Shown: positions 38,066 to 47,473 of the stretch, one piece after another | How positions within the stretch are numbered: the first letter of the stretch is position 1 | How the letters are laid out: each line of letters begins with the position of its first letter | Program-made: the position numbers and the translations under genes | The notes under the pieces: generated by a model | Told to the model about the DNA's origin: nothing | What the model saw: the letters and a program-made list of their open reading frames with translations, nothing else | Database searches by the model: none | Source: an uncultured virus (IMG/VR IMGVR_UViG_3300044733_004038) | Taxonomy: Duplodnaviria; Heunggongvirae; Uroviricota; Caudoviricetes | Length of the DNA: 64,000 nt | Direction: 5' to 3' (one strand) | Virus record (IMG/VR): IMGVR_UViG_3300044733_004038

Positions 38066-38355
38066 AAAAGAACAGCACCGCAAGAGAAAGAATGCTTGCT
38101 GAAGCCTGTGACATTATCTCTGGAGCAAGAGCTAAACAGTACGGAGGACCAGAAGACAACTTTGAACGAATTGCAAAGCTGTGGTCAGTGATTTTTGGAA
38201 TTGAAGTGACAAAAGAAGATGTCGCAATGGCTATGGTAGCTGTAAAGGTTGCTCGCTACGCTTCTAAGTCTGGATTTCAGCCAGACACATGGGTAGATAT
38301 AGCTGGGTACGCCGCGTGTGGTTATGAAGTCGGCGAAATCGACGCTAGTTTGTAG
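38062..38355 (+). CDS. DUF6378-like phage protein
   Basis: R..QYG.PEDNF.RIA.LW...VA..M..VK.AR...D.WVDIAGYA. Confidence 0.8.
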   Translation: MKKNSTARERMLAEACDIISGARAKQYGGPEDNFERIAKLWSVIFGIEVTKEDVAMAMVAVKVARYASKSGFQPDTWVDIAGYAACGYEVGEIDASL

Positions 38356-38412
38356 TAAGTTTCTGCGTCGAGCAGTATAAGATTAAACAACTGATTGGAT
38401 AACGGACAAACT

Positions 38413-39660
38413 ATGGAAAAACCAACATTTATTGACTGCAACGGTCTTGCTGGGTTCATGAGCTACGGCTTTACTCAGGCTGGAATGGAAATGACGTTGC
38501 GCACTGGAACTTTAGACTTTGGCAACAAAGTCGCAGAGGTAAACCGCAAGTTTCTTGGTGACAAGTGGGATTCTTTCTTCTCAAGTAAAGAAGACGAATG
38601 GCCAGTAAAAGATGCAGATGTTGTCATGGGTTGTCCGCCGTGCTCTGGTTGGTCTGTATGGTCGGGTCCTGCAAACCGTGGTCCAGACTCAGCAGCGCAC
38701 GAGCATACACGCGCGTTTATGCGCTACGCGGCAAAAGTTGCTCCTGAAATAATTGTATTTGAGTGCGTGCAACAAGCTTTCACTCAAGGGCGAGACGTCA
38801 TGGTTCAATACAGAGACATGGTCGAACAACTAAGCGGTAAACGCTACGACCTCTATCACGTTAAGCACAACAACTTGCACGTAGGCGGATTCTCGTACCG
38901 GCCGCGATACTTTTGGGTTGCAACACGAGGTGGAATGCCTTTTAGTGTTGAAGAGCCGATTGTAGGACGTCTACCACGGCTTATGGAAGTTATTGGAGAT
39001 CTCGCAAAGATGCCTCTGCAGTGGGAAGCACAGAAGTACACTGCGCCAGCTTCACCAATTATTGCGCATCTTAGATCTGAGACTGGCATGGTAAACGGGC
39101 ACATTGGCAAGACAAATATTCATGCTCAGCGAGTTAAAGATGTGTTTGACATCGTAGGCAACGATGGTTGGAAAAACAGTGAAGATCTTGGAACAAATCT
39201 TAAAAAAGCTTATGAAGCAAATGGCAATAAGTTTCCAAAGACTTGGGAAAATCTTGGTGCAAATATTCTTGCTAACGACTTTAACTTAGGATTTTCTCAA
39301 CCGTATCGTTGGAGAAAAGATCTTTGGGCGAACGTGCTAACTGGCTCAGCACTAGATCATGTTGTTCACCCTACAGAGCCTCGTCTAATTACTCATCGAG
39401 AAGCAGCGCGTATTCAAGGCCTGCCTGACGACTGGGAGTTTGAGTCAGTGAAAGACTACAGCTACTTGCAATCAACGTGGGGTAAGGCAGTCGCAGCTCA
39501 AGCAGCAAACTGGGTAGGTAAAGGAGTTGTCGCCTCTCTTGGCGGACAGTCTTTGACAAGAAGCGGAACTCTAATTGGAGACCGCGAGTATTTTGTAGAC
39601 ACAGACAAAGGATTTTCTCGTCAAAAAGTCAAGAAACAATGGTACCCAGAAGCTGGATAA
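38413..39660 (+). CDS. C5-cytosine DNA methyltransferase-fold protein with atypical motifs
   Basis: Motif IV GCPPCSG, VI FECV, VIII RPR, IX RLITHREAARIQG.PD, X GKAV; motif I reads DCNGLAG. Confidence 0.8.
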   Translation: MEKPTFIDCNGLAGFMSYGFTQAGMEMTLRTGTLDFGNKVAEVNRKFLGDKWDSFFSSKEDEWPVKDADVVMGCPPCSGWSVWSGPANRGPDSAAHEHTRAFMRYAAKVAPEIIVFECVQQAFTQGRDVMVQYRDMVEQLSGKRYDLYHVKHNNLHVGGFSYRPRYFWVATRGGMPFSVEEPIVGRLPRLMEVIGDLAKMPLQWEAQKYTAPASPIIAHLRSETGMVNGHIGKTNIHAQRVKDVFDIVGNDGWKNSEDLGTNLKKAYEANGNKFPKTWENLGANILANDFNLGFSQPYRWRKDLWANVLTGSALDHVVHPTEPRLITHREAARIQGLPDDWEFESVKDYSYLQSTWGKAVAAQAANWVGKGVVASLGGQSLTRSGTLIGDREYFVDTDKGFSRQKVKKQWYPEAG

Positions 39661-39727
39661 CTGGAGACTTAAGTTTAGTTTTCTAGCGTTTGTTGATATA
39701 ATTTAATTAACGACGCAAGGACAACTT

Positions 39728-40237
39728 ATGCAATCATTTCTTACTATTCCAGATTCATTTACAGCAACTGCTGCAACACTTGACAATAAGCGTCTGCACA
39801 AACAGACGCTTGAGGCATGGCAGTGTTTATTGACAAACACTAAACTAGACCCTGAAGGCAATCATCGTGACCCCAAAGGCTGGTACAACCACCCTGTCGC
39901 TCGCATGTGGCGTGGGTACGAAACGTTGCTTGTTTCTTACATTTCTGCAACGTACTTTGAATGGCGTAGTCGTGGCTTCAAGTCTACGCTGCTTGACAAG
40001 ACTTACCGCACGTACGATCGCGCAGTAGAACTTAATCGAGTGTCTACAGATCTACTTGTGCCTACTTGGATGACAGACCGCGAGTACTACGAGCGTCTAT
40101 GCTCCACGCATAGAACTGCGCTGCTGTGCAAGAACTACGATTGGTATAATCAATTTAATTGGGATGAAGATTCTGGCGCTAAACCGCAAACATACGTTTA
40201 CCTATGGCCGCATCAAGATGGTTTTGTAGCTGCCTAA
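39728..40237 (+). CDS. pyrimidine-dimer DNA glycosylase / MSMEG_6728-like protein
   Basis: MQ.FL...LD.KRL.KQ..EA.Q...HP..RMW.GYE...HR..L..K. Confidence 0.8.
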   Translation: MQSFLTIPDSFTATAATLDNKRLHKQTLEAWQCLLTNTKLDPEGNHRDPKGWYNHPVARMWRGYETLLVSYISATYFEWRSRGFKSTLLDKTYRTYDRAVELNRVSTDLLVPTWMTDREYYERLCSTHRTALLCKNYDWYNQFNWDEDSGAKPQTYVYLWPHQDGFVAA

Positions 40238-40335
40238 GACTAGCCACTCAGTTCACTCAGTTTAACCGCAGACATATTTTGCGGTATAGTTTCAATCACT
40301 TTTCTTAGATGACATGAGATACAATATGAATACGT

Positions 40336-40674
40336 ATGAAAGACTCGCGTGTTGGAGAATGCCTATGGTGGGAGTGGACTGGCTATTCTTATTCTCCTTT
40401 AACTAGCTCGAGTCTAGTATTTTTCACTGAAGGTCATGTTGACCTAGAGCACGATGTTGTTCGCCGCGCGCTTGCTTCATCACTTCAACGAGATGGCTCT
40501 GCAGTATCTCTTGGAGACGGGTACAGACTTGCTGAGGCTGCTTCTGTTATTCAAGGGTACGCCGGAGAAGTAGATGGTGAAATCGACTATTCAGTGTGTG
40601 ACGAACTGGGAGAAACTCCTGACGGAAACTACGTGGACGATATCATTGAAGTTACTTGGGTTGAGTTCTCTTGA
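40336..40674 (+). CDS. hypothetical protein
   Basis: 112-aa acidic ORF overlapping the WhiB start. Confidence 0.7.
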   Translation: MKDSRVGECLWWEWTGYSYSPLTSSSLVFFTEGHVDLEHDVVRRALASSLQRDGSAVSLGDGYRLAEAASVIQGYAGEVDGEIDYSVCDELGETPDGNYVDDIIEVTWVEFS

Positions 40675-41204
40675 AGCACAGGTTAAGCCAAACTGACTGG
40701 CAAGACAGCGCGAAGTGCGCAGAGCCTGAGCATAAACATCTCAGCAAATTCTTCTTCTCTAACGAGCCACGAGAAAAATACGATGCCAAGAACCTGTGTT
40801 ACGGATGTGAAGCACGCAGTGACTGTTTAAAGTACGCTCTTGAAAACAAACAGATATGGGGAATTTGGGGCGGAAAAGATGAAGGCGAACTTAGACGTGC
40901 GCTTTCTGTGAACCAAGAAGGTAAAGAAGCTCGTAGACAGCGGTTTCCTAACTGTCCGTATTGCGCAGCGAGGCCCGACAAACTAGAAGTTGTTGTTGCA
41001 GAGTCCCCAGAAGGAGGCAGATGGACAACAATGAAACTTGTGCGGTGCTCAACTTGCGAATTCACATGGCGCAGCAGAACGAGTGCCAATGCGGTGATCG
41101 CTTATCATGCAGAACGCGCCGCACGTGCTAAGAAAAAGAAAGTAGAACGCGAAAAAACTAAGACTAAGAAAAGTAAAAAGTCTACTTTAAAGCCCAGCAT
41201 CTAG
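40671..41204 (+). CDS. whiB: WhiB-family transcription factor with extra zinc ribbon and Lys-rich tail
   Basis: W...A.C...FF...AK.LC..C..R.DCL.YAL....GIWGG; then CPYC...CSTC. Confidence 0.9.
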   Translation: MKHRLSQTDWQDSAKCAEPEHKHLSKFFFSNEPREKYDAKNLCYGCEARSDCLKYALENKQIWGIWGGKDEGELRRALSVNQEGKEARRQRFPNCPYCAARPDKLEVVVAESPEGGRWTTMKLVRCSTCEFTWRSRTSANAVIAYHAERAARAKKKKVEREKTKTKKSKKSTLKPSI

Positions 41205-41697
41205 TATCAGTATCAACTACGTCAACCTTAAAATCTGAAAAAATTGCAAGTTGTTTTTCAAGGTCTGTCTTAGTGACGTTTTTGTAGTATTCCCAGCTGC
41301 GAATTGGATTTTCATCAATAGCCGAGTGTGGCGGTCGTCCTTCACCGGCCATAGTCGCGATAAACATTCCACCTGGAACAAGTAGTGAGTGCGCATTTTT
41401 AACGATCTTTGGCCAGACAGCAGTATGTTCAAATACCTCAGCGCAAACTACTACATCGTACTGAACATCGCTTTTATAGACGCTGGCATCAGCGACAAGA
41501 TCAACGCCCGGACCTTCTTGCACGTCGATTCCAAAGAATAATCCACCGTCCGAGATCGTGTTTGCAAACAGCGGCCTAACACTTCCATTTATATCCAAGC
41601 TGCCAATTTCAAGCACGCGCGCCGATGTGCTCTTTGAGACTAGCGTCTTTCGCAGGTCCAAGCACCGTGCTACCCAGTTCATTACATTGCCATGCAT
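41182..41697 (-). CDS. class I SAM-dependent methyltransferase
   Basis: VLEIGS.DINGS, GVDLVADA, YDVVVC.EVFEH, LVPGG. Confidence 0.85.
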   Translation of the reverse strand: MHGNVMNWVARCLDLRKTLVSKSTSARVLEIGSLDINGSVRPLFANTISDGGLFFGIDVQEGPGVDLVADASVYKSDVQYDVVVCAEVFEHTAVWPKIVKNAHSLLVPGGMFIATMAGEGRPPHSAIDENPIRSWEYYKNVTKTDLEKQLAIFSDFKVDVVDTDTRCWALK

Positions 41698-41698
41698 G

Positions 41699-43438
41699 TC
41701 AGTCCTCAATGTTCCATTTAATGTAAAATTTCAACTTATCGTTTTGAACAGTTTGAACAAAGTTGTCTGGCGGATCATTTTCAATCGTACTTGAGCTGTT
41801 GCCGCTACAGCGAGCTACACTTGTAATAACCGCGCGACGTTTTTGAGTCCTAAGAACCCAGTTCAACACGTCATTGTCGCCGTACCACCACTTCATTGAC
41901 TCATCGAAGCGCCATGTCTTAGTAAGATCTTTTGACAGCGCCATGCAGAATCCAGCAAGTCCGCCGGTGCCGTCATAGCGACCGTTGCACACGGTGTTCA
42001 CATCTTGAACGATGTCTGTAAACTTACGATAGTCATATCCCGCACAGGCAATTCCAATTGACTTGTCGTACTCAAGTAGGGACGCCAGTGCTCCAGCGCA
42101 GTGATCTCCAAGAATTACATCGTCATTTATGAATACTGCTCCTGTGCCTTTTTCGATCGCGACATCGATGCCAAGATTCCACATGACGTGAATACCGGCG
42201 CCGAGCTTTACCTGTTTTAGCACGACGTTTTTCTTGTCGGCAAGCAACTTTTCATACGTTGCAAAGGCGTCAGGTCCGTCAGCAACAACCACGATTGTCT
42301 CTACCTGACCGTCTTTTTGAAGACGATCGATGACATCTAGAGCTCCGTCTACGTTTGATTTAGTTGGAATAACCGCGGTGATCTTTTCATAGTAATGATC
42401 GCGCAGCATCAGAGACATGTTCCCCTGCATGCGCTCGTTGTTAGGCTCGATGCGAAGCGCGTCATGGCAGTAGTCGATCGCCTGTTTCTTTTGGCCTAGG
42501 TACGAAGACGCGATCGCGGCAAAATCGTGCGGAGCCGCGCCCCACGAGTATGCATCGCAAAGATACAGCAGCGGCTTTTCTTTTATCGCGAGTGCACGTT
42601 GCGCCGCGGCCAAACTGTTCGCCCACTGTTTCTTGCCATAGTAATGACTCGCAAGCTCTACCCACGGCTCGCGAAAATCCGGCGCCTCTGCGCACGCGCG
42701 TAGAAGCCAGGTCTCAGCCTCCGACGTTTCTACCTTCGCAAGATAGCGCATCGACGCCGCGCGCTCGGGACGCCACTGCGCCGTTGGAAGAGCGAGGTGT
42801 CGCTTGAACTCTGTCAATGCTTGATCGCTTTGACCGTGAAAAAACAACTCACGAGCGTAGTAATACGCGTTGCGATCGTCGTTTGGAAGTTCATCAACTG
42901 CTTTCTTAAGAAGAGGAAGGTACTGTCCGCGCGACTTTGAATGATCAGCAAAATGATGAATCTGCATTCCAATCCAACTCTGCACCTCTCCATCAGTTGG
43001 ACTCAACACCTCATGCACTGGGTGTCGCCAACGATATCCTTTTCTTGCGTGAGCCTTGTCCGCGCCATAAACTAAGCCTTCGGTGCCGTCTGGATTCCAG
43101 TTCCACACGTACTTGTATCTTGGGCGAGTCACTCCCGGCGGTGTCTTTTCAAAGTGTTCTCTCCAGCCGGCGACTAACACCTCGTCCATGTCAAGAGCGA
43201 TGCAGTAGTCGATGTCAGCTGGAATCATGGCCAATGACGCATTTCTTGCATCGTCAAATCGCCAAGGCCTAACACAGATTGACACTACGTTGATTCCCAG
43301 TTCGCGAGCCGTTTCTACTGTGTCGTCGGTAGATCCAGTGTCAGCGATCAACAGGTAGTCCGCATCCTTTGCCGATTCATACCAAGGCTTTACAAATTTT
43401 TGCTCGTTTAGCGCTATTGTGTATACAGCGATCTTCAT
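41699..43438 (-). CDS. GT2 glycosyltransferase - TPR - second GT2 domain fusion
   Basis: DTGSTD, FDDARN, LDMDE, VHE; TPR-like helices; second domain with VIPTK, WN.G, FINDD, WWYGDND. Confidence 0.88.
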   Translation of the reverse strand: MKIAVYTIALNEQKFVKPWYESAKDADYLLIADTGSTDDTVETARELGINVVSICVRPWRFDDARNASLAMIPADIDYCIALDMDEVLVAGWREHFEKTPPGVTRPRYKYVWNWNPDGTEGLVYGADKAHARKGYRWRHPVHEVLSPTDGEVQSWIGMQIHHFADHSKSRGQYLPLLKKAVDELPNDDRNAYYYARELFFHGQSDQALTEFKRHLALPTAQWRPERAASMRYLAKVETSEAETWLLRACAEAPDFREPWVELASHYYGKKQWANSLAAAQRALAIKEKPLLYLCDAYSWGAAPHDFAAIASSYLGQKKQAIDYCHDALRIEPNNERMQGNMSLMLRDHYYEKITAVIPTKSNVDGALDVIDRLQKDGQVETIVVVADGPDAFATYEKLLADKKNVVLKQVKLGAGIHVMWNLGIDVAIEKGTGAVFINDDVILGDHCAGALASLLEYDKSIGIACAGYDYRKFTDIVQDVNTVCNGRYDGTGGLAGFCMALSKDLTKTWRFDESMKWWYGDNDVLNWVLRTQKRRAVITSVARCSGNSSSTIENDPPDNFVQTVQNDKLKFYIKWNIED

Positions 43439-43561
43439 ACGTTTTCTCCCACGCGTCTTATCGTCTATATTATACTCTCAAGTAGCTTTTCGCTGCTTTT
43501 ACGGAAAACTAAAGGATTGCTGGTAGCGGTATCAGTCACCTAGTTAAATTGCGACCCACAT

Positions 43562-43927
43562 CTACGACTCAACAATTTCTATCCACACTTGGTTTGGTTC
43601 AAACCATCTATAGTTGCCATCAGGCTTCGGTGTTGGTGGTTGCCAATCGTAGTTGGCATCTAGAGTCCACGAACCGTATGGTTGTGGTAAGACGAACACA
43701 TCAGCATCAGGCAGATAAATAAAGCCAATGCCTGCGTATCGTTTGCGAATGTTGCCGTTGTATGAAGTTCGTTTACAGGTCAGACCTGCGTTCCATTCTA
43801 GGCTTTCATAAAACTGTTCCCACGCCTCCGAAGAACCGCCAACACCGTTTTGTGTAACTGTTTCATCAACGCCTGTCAAAACTTTGACCACAACATTGTT
43901 GCTATCTAAATATGCGTAATGTGCCAT
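43562..43927 (-). CDS. small partner protein P1 of glycine-rich gene
   Basis: MAHYAYLD..KRTSYN..YAGIG family; TAATG coupling. Confidence 0.8.
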   Translation of the reverse strand: MAHYAYLDSNNVVVKVLTGVDETVTQNGVGGSSEAWEQFYESLEWNAGLTCKRTSYNGNIRKRYAGIGFIYLPDADVFVLPQPYGSWTLDANYDWQPPTPKPDGNYRWFEPNQVWIEIVES

Positions 43928-44820
43928 TATGCCCAACTCACATATCCCGTGCCAGCCGTAATTGTTGCCCGTTTGTATCCACCGCTTGCTGCGCTTTCCG
44001 TGCCAGTTAAACCTGTTCCGAAAGTAATCGTTCTTGAATCTGAATAGCGAAGTATCACTACACCACTACCGCCTGCACCAGAGTCACCTGTTGTATCTAT
44101 TTTTGCACCACCCGCACCAACCGAAACAACAACATTGGTTGAAGGCGAAATATCAAGTGGGGTTTCTAAACTACCGCCACCGCCTGTTGCTGTAACTGTT
44201 GAACGAAACCCACCAGCACCACCGCCACCGTGACCAGCAGTTCCTGATACGAGTGAAGCACCACCACCACTACCTGTATTGACTGTGCCAGCACCTGCAT
44301 TCGTGCCACCCGAAGCAGCAGCACCGCCACCGCCCGAACCACCTGCTCCGCTTGCGCCACCACCACCGCCACCAGCACGAGTAACAGATGTTCCAGTAAT
44401 GTCGTTTGCTACACCAGCACCACCAGCACCGTTTGCACCGACACCACCAACCGCACCAGCACCGCCACCACCACCACCGCCGTTAGTTCCAGTAGTATTT
44501 ACGCCACCTGCAAAACCTTGACCACTTTCACCAGTTCCGCCAACACCAGTTGTGCCACCACCAGCACCACCACCAGAACCGCCTGCTAAACCGTTTCCAT
44601 TTTGATATTTACCGCCACCACCACCGCCACGAGAAACAATGGTTGAGAATATGCTTGCATTTCCGTTATTTCCAGTAAAATAACCATCAAGAGGAATATC
44701 AAATGCTCCGCCTGAACCGCCACCGCCGATAACAAGATAATCAACAGTTATGCCACCAACAGCACTTACGATTGTCGGTGTGTTGCTAGCCGAAACATAA
44801 CCCATCAACCTTGCAGCCAT
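43927..44820 (-). CDS. glycine-rich adhesin-like protein G1
   Basis: DYLV.GGGG...GGSGVVILRY; polyglycine tracts. Confidence 0.8.
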   Translation of the reverse strand: MAARLMGYVSASNTPTIVSAVGGITVDYLVIGGGGSGGAFDIPLDGYFTGNNGNASIFSTIVSRGGGGGGKYQNGNGLAGGSGGGAGGGTTGVGGTGESGQGFAGGVNTTGTNGGGGGGGAGAVGGVGANGAGGAGVANDITGTSVTRAGGGGGGASGAGGSGGGGAAASGGTNAGAGTVNTGSGGGASLVSGTAGHGGGGAGGFRSTVTATGGGGSLETPLDISPSTNVVVSVGAGGAKIDTTGDSGAGGSGVVILRYSDSRTITFGTGLTGTESAASGGYKRATITAGTGYVSWA

Positions 44821-44823
44821 AAA

Positions 44824-45048
44824 CTAAACCTCACTCTCGATAACAGGACTTGGTGGTGCAACAAAATCTTGTGTCGCCTCATCATATGTCCAGCCGATAC
44901 CAGCATAAGTTTTGCCTGCTGTATCAAAAAAAGTTTCAACCCAAGTGCCCTGATAGCGGTCAGGGTTCGCTTCCAAAAACTCTTGTGTAACACAATGAAC
45001 ATCGATAACAACATTGTCATCGTTAAGTTGAGCAAAAAAAGTTTTCAT
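44824..45048 (-). CDS. partner protein P2
   Basis: FAQL..NVV..GTWVET..YAGIG. Confidence 0.8.
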   Translation of the reverse strand: MKTFFAQLNDDNVVIDVHCVTQEFLEANPDRYQGTWVETFFDTAGKTYAGIGWTYDEATQDFVAPPSPVIESEV

Positions 45049-45920
45049 ACTTTAAACCTGACATAAACAACCCCAGCCGCACCTGCGCCACCTGTGCTAC
45101 CTGAACTATTTGCACACGACCCACCACCAGCACCATAATTTACGCCTGCGTTGCCGTTGCCTGTAGTTTTACCTGCAACGCCACCATTTCCAGCCGTGCC
45201 ACCAGTTGTTTTACCGCCACCGCCACCGCCTGCACCCGCATAATATGTTGCACCAGTTATAAACGGTGAAATGTCAATACCGTTTCCGCCTGTGCCCCCA
45301 TTAGTTGCGCCGCCATTGCCGCCAACGCCACCTGCACCACCGCCACCGCCACCCGTAAATTCTGCTGTGCTTCCGCCGTTGCCGCCGTTGTTGCCGTTTG
45401 CTAATTCCAAACTAACTGCACCTGTAGCACCTGCTGAACCGCCTGCTCCTGAACCGCCTGCACTATCTTTTTGGCCTGCTTGTGCAACTGCACCTGTTGA
45501 ACCGCCACCAGCACAAGCAATTACACTTCCAACAGAACTACCTAACCCTGTTGTTGCGCTATTTGCGCCACCAGCACCAGCACCACCAGCACCAACATCA
45601 ACGGCATAAGTAGCGGCAGTCAAATAAATTGTGGTTGCAGAATTTATGCCAACTACAGCACCGCCACCCGCACCGCCGCCGCCATATAAACTCGAACCAG
45701 CGTGACCGCCACCGCCACCACCGACAAGCAAAACGTCAAACAAACCTGCTGTAGTAACAACAAGATTGCTGTCGCTCGTAAAAGTTAGAAGCGTACAGTT
45801 CTGTGAAGAAACAGTTATAGAACTTGAAGTGCCACCAGTCGCCACACCATAACCTGTAGTAGCAACAATAGTGCTTGTGCTTCCAGCACTCACATATCCG
45901 AGTTCACGCCTGTTCGGCAT
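45045..45920 (-). CDS. glycine-rich protein G2
   Basis: MPNRRELGYVS leader; ends VRFKV. Confidence 0.8.
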   Translation of the reverse strand: MPNRRELGYVSAGSTSTIVATTGYGVATGGTSSSITVSSQNCTLLTFTSDSNLVVTTAGLFDVLLVGGGGGGHAGSSLYGGGGAGGGAVVGINSATTIYLTAATYAVDVGAGGAGAGGANSATTGLGSSVGSVIACAGGGSTGAVAQAGQKDSAGGSGAGGSAGATGAVSLELANGNNGGNGGSTAEFTGGGGGGAGGVGGNGGATNGGTGGNGIDISPFITGATYYAGAGGGGGGKTTGGTAGNGGVAGKTTGNGNAGVNYGAGGGSCANSSGSTGGAGAAGVVYVRFKV

Positions 45921-45922
45921 AG

Positions 45923-46201
45923 TTAAACCTCACTCTCGATAACAGGTGCGATGAACTCGTCAGCAACAGCGTCATAGGTGTAACCGATACCTGCGTATCT
46001 GCCACGAATGTTCCCGTTGTATGAGGTGCGTTTGCAGGTTAAACCTAGATGTATTGCTTGCGATTCATAAAACTTTTCCCACGCTTCTGTTGAACCGCCA
46101 ACAACTTTGCCGTCAGTATCAACTTGTGTTTGTGTTTCGTCAATGCCAACAATTACTTTGACAACGACATTGTTTCCATCAAGAAATGCGTAATGAGCCA
46201 T
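45923..46201 (-). CDS. partner protein P3
   Basis: MAHYAFLD..KRTSYN..YAGIG. Confidence 0.8.
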   Translation of the reverse strand: MAHYAFLDGNNVVVKVIVGIDETQTQVDTDGKVVGGSTEAWEKFYESQAIHLGLTCKRTSYNGNIRGRYAGIGYTYDAVADEFIAPVIESEV

Positions 46202-47133
46202 TATTGATACCAACTAACATTTCCAGAACCAGTATAAATGGTTGCTCGCTTATATCCGCCCGATGCAGCCGATTCTGCGCCTGCTACACCAGCACCAAAA
46301 AGAATACTATAAGCGTCTGAGTAGCGAAGAATAACTACACCGCTTCCACCTTGACCACCGTTACCGTCAATAGCGCCGCCAGAACAGCCGCCACCGCCAC
46401 CACCAAGATTTGCAGCACCACGACCAGCATCACCATATTTGCTTGTGCTACCGCCACCACCAGTTCCGCCCATACCGTTGCTAGACCAGTTTCCTCCGCC
46501 TCCTCCACCGCCTCCTCCGTATGTTACGGAGGTTCCAGTAATGCTTGAAGCCGTACCGTTTCCACCATTACCAGACGAACCAGTACTTACGCTATTAGTG
46601 CCGACAGCACTTGTGCCACCGCCACCACCAGCAGAGTTTATTGAACTATTTGTTCCACCTGCGTAACCTTCGTTACTTGTTCCAGTACCACCAGATTTTA
46701 AAGTTGCGCTAAAAGCACCACCACCTCCACCACCACAACCACCGTTTAAACCTGCTCCATCTGGACTTCCACCTCCGCCACCGCCAGATACTGAAACCGT
46801 GCTAAATGAACTTGCTGAACCAGATGTTCCACTTGCACGAGTAACACCACCAGCGCCACCTGCCCCAACGGCTACTGCATAATTTGTGTAAGTAGAAAGC
46901 GATAATGCTGAAGGCAGAGAACCACCGCCACCAGTTGCGGTTACTGTGCAACGCATACCACCAGCACCGCCACCACCAGCGCAAAAGCCTGTAGCAAGTT
47001 CACCGCCACCTCCACCTCCGCCACCAAGAACTAAGTAATCAACGGTTAAAGAAGTTGGGACACCAGTAACATTCGCCAAAATTACTGTCGGTGTGTTTGA
47101 AGCCGAAACATAACCCATCAACCTTGCAGCCAT
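46201..47133 (-). CDS. glycine-rich protein G3
   Basis: MAARLMGYVS leader; ends GNVSWYQ. Confidence 0.8.
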   Translation of the reverse strand: MAARLMGYVSASNTPTVILANVTGVPTSLTVDYLVLGGGGGGGGELATGFCAGGGGAGGMRCTVTATGGGGSLPSALSLSTYTNYAVAVGAGGAGGVTRASGTSGSASSFSTVSVSGGGGGGSPDGAGLNGGCGGGGGGAFSATLKSGGTGTSNEGYAGGTNSSINSAGGGGGTSAVGTNSVSTGSSGNGGNGTASSITGTSVTYGGGGGGGGGNWSSNGMGGTGGGGSTSKYGDAGRGAANLGGGGGGCSGGAIDGNGGQGGSGVVILRYSDAYSILFGAGVAGAESAASGGYKRATIYTGSGNVSWYQ

Positions 47134-47136
47134 AAA

Positions 47137-47451
47137 CTAAACCTCAACCCATTCAAGTTCTGATTCGTTCCAAGAATACATTTTGTCGTCTGTTGGCATA
47201 GGTGTTGGTGGATTCCAAACTTTATTTGCCCAAGTCCAAGACGGATACGGTTGTTGCGGTCTAAAATCTTGTGCATCAGGTAAATACTCGTAACCAACAC
47301 CGGCGTATTGTTTACCTGCCGTATCAAAAAATGTTTCAACCCAAGTGCCTGTGTATCGTTCAGGGTTCGCTTCAAGAAAATCTCGTTGCACCACAGCGAC
47401 ATGGGTTACAACATTGTTTTCATCAATTTGTGCAAAGTATTGTGCTGACAT
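47137..47451 (-). CDS. partner protein P4
   Basis: YFAQ..GTWVET..QPYPSW. Confidence 0.8.
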   Translation of the reverse strand: MSAQYFAQIDENNVVTHVAVVQRDFLEANPERYTGTWVETFFDTAGKQYAGVGYEYLPDAQDFRPQQPYPSWTWANKVWNPPTPMPTDDKMYSWNESELEWVEV

Positions 47452-47473
47452 TATTTACTCCTGTTTGCTTTAT

